Positions 56,191 to 64,000 of a DNA stretch of 64,000 nucleotides are shown here, one piece after another. Position numbers and translations under genes: made by a program. Within the stretch, counting starts at the first letter, position 1. The number at the start of each line of letters is the position of its first letter. Below the pieces are notes generated by a model. It saw nothing but the letters and a program-made list of their open reading frames with translations, searched no databases and was not told where the DNA came from. This DNA comes from Lama guanicoe. Lineage: Eukaryota. The stretch is from assembly GCA_013239625.1 (NCBI GenBank), contig MU056000.1, positions 682,001 to 746,000 on the forward strand, given 5' to 3'.

Positions 56191-56765
56191 CAGAAAGCCT
56201 GGGTGCTGTTAAAGGCCTAGAAAGTTGCTCAGGATTTTCGGAGATGGGGGCGTGACTGCTGCGGCAGAGACAGCCGAGGGACGGAGGCCTGGCCGGGGAG
56301 CGGGCTCTCCCCTGCCTCTTCCACCCTCATCTGCTCACTCTCGCCTGTAGACGCTGCATGTGGCCCTGCTGGCTTCAGCCACTGGAATGACGTGTAGCTG
56401 CACCCCGTCTCCACCTGCGCCCCGTGGAGCACACCTGCCCTCATTGCAAACCCTTTTCTGACTCCTGTTACTGAGGGTAAAGTCCACCCACCTCTGCAGG
56501 CTGACCAGCCTTTTGCCCCTAGGCCGCCATGCCCTGTGCTCCTGCCCTGCAGGGTCAGCCGGCGCCATACTCCGCGGCTTTGCTCACTTCTCTGCGCAGC
56601 GGAGGGAACTCTGTATGCCTCTTAGTCTGTGAGGAACAAAGACCAACCCCACTGCGTAAGCACAAGAGGAGACACAGGGCGGGGGGGGGGGGGGGGCCCC
56701 CTGGATCCCCAAAGCAGGGGGGGGGCGGGGCCCAGGGAAGGGGCTCGGGGTGGCGGTTCCGTTTC

Positions 56766-56810
56766 NNNNNNNNNNNNNNNNNNNNNNNNNNNNNNNNNNN
56801 NNNNNNNNNN
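56766..56810. other. Assembly gap (45 N) adjacent to poly-G
   Basis: N bases. Confidence 0.99.
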
Positions 56811-57814
56811 GGGGGGGGGGGGGAGTCCCATGGCATCCCAAAGCCAGGATGCGGCTGGGCCTCAGGAAGGGGCTCTGGGGTGCAGCTTCGTATCACTCTC
56901 CCGGCCTCTCCGGCCCGGTTTGGGTCCTGTGAGACTTGTGTCCCAGGTGCGGCTAGTTACCGGCGTGCAGGGACGAGAGCCGTCTCGCAGAGCTGGCAGC
57001 CCTGCTGTTTGTGCAGCTGGGAACTGACCCGGCCTTGATGGGGGGCGGGGCTTGTGGCCTACCCAGCTTCCGCACTCCGGGTCACACCGAGGGTCCACGC
57101 CTGGTCCTGCACGTGAGGACGCGGCTCCCTTGGGATTTTCTTTCCCACCCGCGAGAAACACTCAGCTGTTGGAAAGCTACTCGTAACATCTTTCACGTTT
57201 CTCAGCAGCTCTCCTGGTGCTGGTGTGTAAGGTGGTATTTAGAGAGCTTCCCTGTTGAGTGGCGGTCTGGTTAGGGCCCCTCGAATGCTGGTCATTCTCC
57301 AGAGAGAGGCTGCGGCTGATTCTCAGGGCCCCTGGAACGTCAGCCCTCCGGCGCTGTGTGAGGTCAAAACTCACGTGCTCACATAGATTTGTCACAGAGC
57401 CCCATGCTCTGCACCCTTTCCTCATGGGGGGGGGGCTAAAGAAAGGGGAAGCTGCTGCAGTCCAGGGTCCAGGGAGCCCATCTTCACCTGCCCCCTCCCT
57501 TTTCTTTCCTTCTTTCATGGTGAGCCCCAAGCCAAGAGGACTCTTGGTATGATCCCATGTTTTTTACCTTATATTCTGGCCCCAAGAGCTCGCCACCACC
57601 TCTGGGGTTGACTAACTCTTGGCAGCTCTGAATGAGCGCCACAGACCTGGGCTGCCAGGGGCAGGGCGGCGCCCTCAGTGAGGAGAGACAACCTCGGTTC
57701 TCCCTGGACTCATGTGATACTTGCAGAGGATATGGGGGTGGTGATTCTGTGAGTGGTCATTTTATATTCATTTAAAAAGATATCCTGGTGGTAAGTTCTG
57801 GCCGTCCCCCGTTT

Positions 57815-60670
57815 AAACCAAAGTTACTGATGTATAATTTGCATAAAGAAAACCCATTCTAAGTGTGTATTTCTGTGAGTTTTGACAAATGTCTTCACCC
57901 AGATAACCCCTACTACAACAGGACAGAGAACATTTGCATCCCTTCAAAAGCTCCATCTGGCCTCTTTGCTGTCAGCACCCGCTCCCTGCCCAGCCCCCAG
58001 GCAGCACTGGTCTGTTTTCGGTCCCCATGATCAGCTGAGTCTGTTCCAGAATTTTCCGTACATGGAATCATTCAGTCTTTTGTGCCTGACTTCTTTACTG
58101 AGCATGGTGTGTGTGGAATCCATCACTGTCGTTGCGTTAATCGGGAGTTTGTACCTTTCCGTTGCTGAGTAGAATTCCTTGGTGTGTATGTACCACAGTT
58201 TGGTTAACCATTCACCCGTGGATGGACATCAGGGAGGTTGCCGAACAATTCTCCAATGTAATTGTACCATTTTAGCATTGCTGCCAACAAGTTTTGAGAG
58301 TTTCAGTTGCTTTAAAACCAAAATTATGTTTTATGTCTTTTGAAGTGTATTCCTTGGAGTAGGTCCACAGTGATATCCCACTGTGGTTTTAATTTGCATC
58401 CTTCTGATTCCTAATGATGGTGAGCATTTCTGTGTGCTTATTGGTCATTCGTATATCTTATTTTTTTTTGTTTGCAGTTTTCGTTAATGATTATAATACA
58501 TTTGAGGAGGAAGAATATTTACACTATAAAAGCACTGGAATTTGACACAACATTGTAAAATGATTATAAATCAATAAAAAATGTTTAAATAAATAAATAA
58601 AAGCACTGGAAAACAACTGAGTGTCAGATTGTGATTATCGTAGAAATTAGAAGAATTACACACATGTATCTTCTTTTATGAAATATCTTTCCAAATCTGT
58701 CGCCCAGGGGAAGTTCGGGGCTGTGTACCACCATGTTATCAGGCTGTGAGAGTTCACTATATATGCTGGGTGTGAGTATTTTGGAAGAAATATGTTTTGT
58801 GAATACTTCCTCCCAATGCATTGCTTGTGTTTTCTTCTTAATTGTCTCTCAAAGCGGAAAAGGGTCAACTGCTTACGATACCCAGTGAGTCAGTGTTACG
58901 AGGAGAGCTTTGTGTTCCCCGCGTTTCTGCCAGTTTTTGCCTTATGGGTTTTGAAGCTCTGTTACTTAGTGTGTGCTGGTTTAGGGTGTTATGTCTGCTT
59001 GGTGAGTTGCCCGTTTTGTTGTTTTGAACTGTCCTTTATTCCTTTGTTCTGAAGTCTGCTTTGTCTCAAAGTGACGTAACTACTTCAACTTTCCCTTTCC
59101 AGTGCCTCCCACGCCCTCCTCTTTCACGTCCACGCCCTCTGTGTCTTTATGTTTGAAACGTGTCTCTTGTAGGCAGTTTACAGTTAGTTTCTCCTCTTAA
59201 AAAAATTCTGGTTGACAGTCGCTGCCGTTCAGCTTGGGTGTTACATCGTTTCAAGTTGATGTCATTATCAGCGTGGTTTCTGTTTGTCCCGTCAGTTCTT
59301 TGTTCCCTTCCCTATTTTTCTGCCCTCTTTTCTTCTTATTATTTTTGTACTTTAAGGGTTGAAGTGTCCCTTCTTTGTTGGCCTCTCAGCCAGGCCTTGT
59401 TCCGTTATGTTCAGTGGTTTTCCTGCTGGACAGTTGTCAGTATGCTGCTTTACCTTGAGACGGTCTGCCTTCAGGCCTTACTGCAGCTCTTCACGTGGGC
59501 TGCGACAGCTTCAGGTCGTGAAGTCTCACTTCTGCTCTCCTGTTTCTTGCTTACTGGTCATACTTTTCACTTCCAGGTGTGCCGTCAACTCCACTGTCAT
59601 TTTTGCTTTGAGCAGTCGGTTAGCTCGTAAGTCAATTGAAAATGAGCAAAGGCATGTTTAACTTCCCCACACCCCCCCCCTGCTGTCTCAGCTCCTTTGT
59701 GCGCGCCCGCCCTGGCTCCTGGCTGGTGTTTACTCCTTGAGCCCCAATAACCTCTGTGAGCGTTTCTTGTTTGCAGGTCTGCTGGTGGTGAGTCCTGCCA
59801 GCCATGCGGGTATGGAAATGAGTTTAATTTGCCCTCTCTTTTTTGAAAGATATTTTTCACCAAGTGTAGGATTCCAGGTCGATGGGCAGTTTTTCTTCCA
59901 GCTGAATGTTAAGGGTGCTGTCCTACCGTCCTCCTCGCGCCGTCTCTGGTGAGACTCAGCACCTGTGCCGCCCGCGTCTCTGCTTCGCTGCACATCGTGT
60001 GTGTCCTTCCTCTGGCTGCTTTTAGCATTTTTGGAAAAGTCACTGGTGTTTGGCAGTTTGCTGTCATGCTTTCCCTTCGTCCTGCTTGTGGCTTATCGAA
60101 CTTACTCAATTTGTGGGTTCCATCAGATTTAGGAACGCCGCAGCCAAGATTTCTTCGGCACTTCCTGTCTGCTTCCTCTTGGGGCATGTGTGTCAGCAGC
60201 CTGCGGCCCCAGCGCCACCGAGGCTCTGTCAGGTTTTCAGCGTCTGTCCCATCTTGTGCTGGGCCTGAGCGCTTTCTGCATCTCCGTGTTTAAGCCACTG
60301 ATGCTTTCTTGCAAGTTCTAAACCGCTGTTAAGCTCAGTCTGGAATTTCTCATTTTGGGTGTTATATTTTTTGTCTCTGGAATTTCCAGTGGGTTTTTAA
60401 AATTCTTTTTTCCCCTATGCCTTGGAGAGAACACCATACAGTAAGTAGAGGTGTTTTTTATATCTCTTTACGGCTGCACGTTGTCCGTTTTGCGGATGTA
60501 CCACAGTTTATTCAACGACCTCCATATTGATAGACGACTGGGTGGTTTCCAGCCTCTGGTAATTAAAACCAGGGCTCTAATGCATAAGCTGGGACATGCA
60601 TTGTCTCATATTTTTTGACGGTGCGTCTCTGAAACAGACTCTAGGAAGTGGTGGTGTTGATTCAGGTGGT
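57815..60670 (-). mobile_element. Old L1 (L1M-type) fragments, interrupted at about 58465-58662
   Basis: Typical antisense L1 text (tgtatgtaccacagtttggttaaccattcacccgtggatggacat; gtggttttaatttgcat..tgatggtgagcat; ttctgaagtctgctttgtc); boundaries approximate. Confidence 0.7.
58541..58598 (+). mobile_element. Extremely 5'-truncated young L1 tip with perfect TSD
   Basis: ttgacacaacattgtaaaatgattataaatcAATAAAaaatg plus A-rich tail, flanked by aaaagcactggaa at 58528-58540 and 58599-58611. Confidence 0.75.
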
Positions 60671-61414
60671 AAATGCACCTGCCGTCCCAGGGACCACCCT
60701 GGTCCTTCCCCGGGTGGCCCACTGCTCGGAGCCCTGCCAGCAGGGTGAGCTCTGCCTCCAGGGTCCTGCGTCAGCCCGCCTGAGGGGTGCGGCTCTGCCG
60801 CGGTAGAGTTCTCACCGGTGTTTCTCTGATCACGAGAGCTGGCTGGCCCCGTCGGCACGGGGTCTGTGCTTGCTCTGTGCGCCGTCTGTGCTGCACTTGG
60901 GGGTTTCAGGGGCTCAAGGAGCACCCCGAACACAGTGCACCCAGCCCAGGGCAGTGGGGACAAGCGCTGCAGGATGCAGTCAGAAGTGAAGCCCTGTTTA
61001 AGAGAAGCTGGGGAATGCGGTGTCGGGGCCACTGGGGTCAAACGTGAGAAACAGCAGGAGCAGTTCGGAGGTGGAGGCGGGGTGCCGGCTTCTGCGCCTC
61101 TTCCCCGGGGGAGTCCCCTGACTTTCTAGATATCATTGCGGAGGAGTGAAGTTGCCATGACCGATCAGTCCCAGACGCTGGGCCCGGCTTTCAGATGAGT
61201 CGTGTAACCTCTCCCAGTGTGACCTTTTGAGAAATCAGGACGATTCGCCTGTGGGAGGAGCGAATGACTGGAGACCCGCAGCCTGGGCCAGCATGAAGGG
61301 GCAGCTGGCCACGCTGGGTCGTGCCGGCCGTCGGACCATCGTTTGTTGGACAGCTGCCCTGTGAGGTGTCGCTGGGCTGGAGGGAGGGGTGAGGGGGGCC
61401 CGGCACTAGGTCCG

Positions 61415-61705
61415 CGTGGGTTTCCTGTGGTGGCTCCAACGTTTCAGCATCAGACGTCCCTTGTCCGAGTCCTGGAGGCGGGAAGCCCCCTCCTGTGTCC
61501 TCACATCCCGTGCCCTTCGTCCCTGCCGTGCCCTAATCGCCTCTCCTCCGATGGCACCACTCAGATTGGACGAGGGCCCTCCCTGGTGAGCCTTCCAGCT
61601 TGATTACCTCCTTAAAGGCCTTCTGTCCGAGTTCAGTGACGCCCTGAGGTCCTGGGGGTTCAGGAGTCAGCGTGTAAATTTGGAGGAGACAGTTCATCCT
61701 GTAAC
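61415..61705 (-). mobile_element. MaLR (MLT1A/B-like) LTR
   Basis: tcctggaggcgggaag..ctgtgtcctcacat..cagattggacgagggccc..ttgattacctccttaaaggcc..gaggtcctgggggtt..aatttggaggagacagttcatcctgtaaca. Confidence 0.7.
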
Positions 61706-61929
61706 AGCCCCTCCCTCCCCTGCTCCCATTCCACTGGGAATCCTCCTCGGAGTGTCACTAAAATCTGCGGTTTTGAGGCTTAGAGGAGTTGGCGGGGAGG
61801 TGCATGAGGTCACAGGCCGGGAGGAGTGCAGATCAGTGGGGGTGGGCAGCGCTCACTCAACGCGGGAGCTCGACACCCTCTGCTTCTTGGCCAGCTGGGT
61901 CCACGCTGGTCCCAGGGGACCCCCCCAAG

Positions 61930-61941
61930 CACACACACACA

Positions 61942-61975
<34 letters not shown>

Positions 61976-61987
61976 ACACACACTCAC
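61930..61987. repeat. Imperfect (CA)n microsatellite
   Basis: CA run with a few interruptions. Confidence 0.95.
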
Positions 61988-64000
61988 AGGGGGCCGCGGT
62001 GTGCTGTCCTTGCCTGAACTGGGCTGGTGTGGGTTGTGTCCTGAGGGGCTCGGGAGGTGGCCTCTGGACCCCTCTGCCGTCTGCGAGGTGCTGGCTGTCC
62101 CCTGTGGCCTCCCCCTCATTGATGACCAGCCTCCCGGAAGGAGAATCAGTGAGACCACAGGTTTCGGCCTCAGAACACACAGCCCTGTTATTATCTTGCA
62201 AAACGCCAGGGAAGCCTTCCCACAGAGCTTCTAATATGACTTGGTGTCAATATTGGAAACCTATTTTTGAACAAATACTAGATTCTCTTCTCTGGAACTC
62301 GTGGGGGAGCCAAACAGCTCTTGAAGGCTGAGAAGCTTATGGAAATAGCTCTTGGTGGCAGGAAGAGGCTGGTTCAGGGTGGCTGTGTCACTTTGTCCCC
62401 TTCCTCGGGCTCTGACGTTTTGTCTAAGCTCCGGCCCTAGGCCCTGTTCTGGCTATGATCGCCCCCCTGACTGGGGCCAGCACAGAAGCTCTGGGGCTTC
62501 TACACTGAAACCCAGCTGCAAGGGTGGAGGTCGCTGCAGGATAGGGCACCGCGGGCTCCCAGACCTGCTGCAGGTGCGGACAACACCCACCGCCAGGTGC
62601 ACACGGGGAGCAGGGGCCCGGGTCCCAGGGGGGCTGCTTCTACGCAGGGCCAGCCCCAGCGGCCCCGGACAGGACCGTGTCCCAAGGTTTAAAGAGAATA
62701 AATGCGTTTGATGGCCCCGTGCGGGGACCTGGGCAGACATGACCCAGCTCAGTAACCCACAGCCTGCCCCAGATGGGCAGTTCGCAGATGAGGGTTTGGA
62801 GGCAGGGAGCGTCTGGGGCTGGGGGCTGGGCTCCTGGCCACCCTGAGCTTCCCGCGTGGCCCACTGTGGCCCCCAGGGCCCTCACGGCCCCCCTCCCTGC
62901 CAGTGTGTAAAGGGCTGGGTAGTGGAGGCCAGGAAGGTCTGCCAGGAAGGCGGCGGGAGGAGGCACCTGAGGAGTTGTTGGGGGTGCTGGGCCCTTCACG
63001 GACAGCTGGGGACTGGGCCGCGGGCCCTGGAGTCTGCCTGTCCACCCGCGGCCCTGGGAAGGCGTGGGGCTGCTGCACCCCCCCGTGGCAGAAGCAGCGG
63101 GTCCGGGGGTCCCTCTGGGGAGGAGGCCCTGCAAACCAGAGTGGTCAGTGGGGAGAGGTGGCCTCCAGCAAGACCACGTGGAGCTGCGGGCAGCGTGCAC
63201 GTTCAGAGTAAGGGCCCCACGCGCTGAGGTCGCACTTGCAGAAAGAAAGGAGGGTCGGGGCTTAGGGTGTGAGCTGGGGGCAGGGCAGGGCGGGAGAGAG
63301 GAGACTCAGCCGAGGGAGCGGCCGGGGCGGCTGCGCCTGGGCCCCTGCGGGGTTGGGTGGGCGTGCGGAGCACTGTCCCCCAGCCCGGCCTCTCCGACTG
63401 ACCGCCCCACCTCGGGCCGGGCCTCGAAGGTGCTAAGCTCGTGGAGAGCTCTCGGAGGGGCTGCTTTCAAGCTAGACTGTTCAGGCAGCCCTTGGTATCG
63501 TGTCGCAGGGTGAGTGCAGCCCTTGCTCAGCGGACTTTGAGTTTCAGATGTCTCCAACTGCGAGACCGGCCGCTCAGGAAAGCTCTTCGTGGGGTTCAGT
63601 GTGGGGGGCACAAGCGTTCACTCTGACCCCTCCACACGCCACCCAGGACTTGGGGAACAGGAGACAATCTGCTTGTTAAACAGATACATTTCACTGAATA
63701 AACCGTCCGTGTGATGCCGTCCCCAGGGGCGTCACCCCGCCGCACCTCCCCAGAGCTGGTGCACAATCACGTGACTGACAGCAATGAAACTGACTGAGGG
63801 AGGTGGAACCCACTTGGGAGGGGCCGGGCTGCTCTGTCGGGGTCGGGGGGGACCCTGCGTCCGAGAGCCTCGCCCGGCTGTAGCCGTCCGTCCCCGATGG
63901 GCTTCCCAGGCCGCTCACTTACGGCTGCTCACAGCTGGACGCGTTCTGAGGCAGCTCCCGGTCACGATGTCCGGTGCCAGCCAGCGGGCTGACTTGTCCT

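Noticed and set aside
1-64000. CRISPR arrays, operons, interstitial (TTAGGG)n arrays, large VNTRs
   Set aside because: None seen; this is mammalian DNA with only isolated TTAGGG hexamers and short microsatellites

Overview
This is eukaryotic (mammalian) genomic DNA: the GC-rich SLC6A18–TERT–CLPTM1L syntenic block (5p15.33 in human). The tRNA-Ala-derived vic-1-like SINEs point to a camelid (alpaca, llama or camel). I traced three spliced genes by hand. (1) SLC6A18 on +: exons 3-12 are present and the 5' end lies outside the window. (2) TERT on -: complete, 16 coding exons, 3402-nt CDS, 1133 aa, catalytic Asp712/869/870 intact. (3) CLPTM1L on -: complete, 17 exons, about 534 aa. All introns are GT-AG and all frames are open. 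The rest is introns and intergenic DNA with SINE, L1 and MaLR remnants, two microsatellites, two CpG-island promoters and two N-gaps. Most long entries in the ORF track are GC-content artefacts. I find no new gene system. The most notable features concern TERT regulation: a 90-nt in-frame, stop-free intron 1 inside the TEN domain; a promoter with a 22-bp-spaced duplicated ETS+GC-box module and no proximal E-box; an intronic E-box cluster; a duplicated exon-2 donor; and a sense-oriented SINE carrying AATAAA signals in intron 2. There is also a three-layer nested retro-insertion upstream of CLPTM1L. All comparisons with human are from memory, not from alignments.
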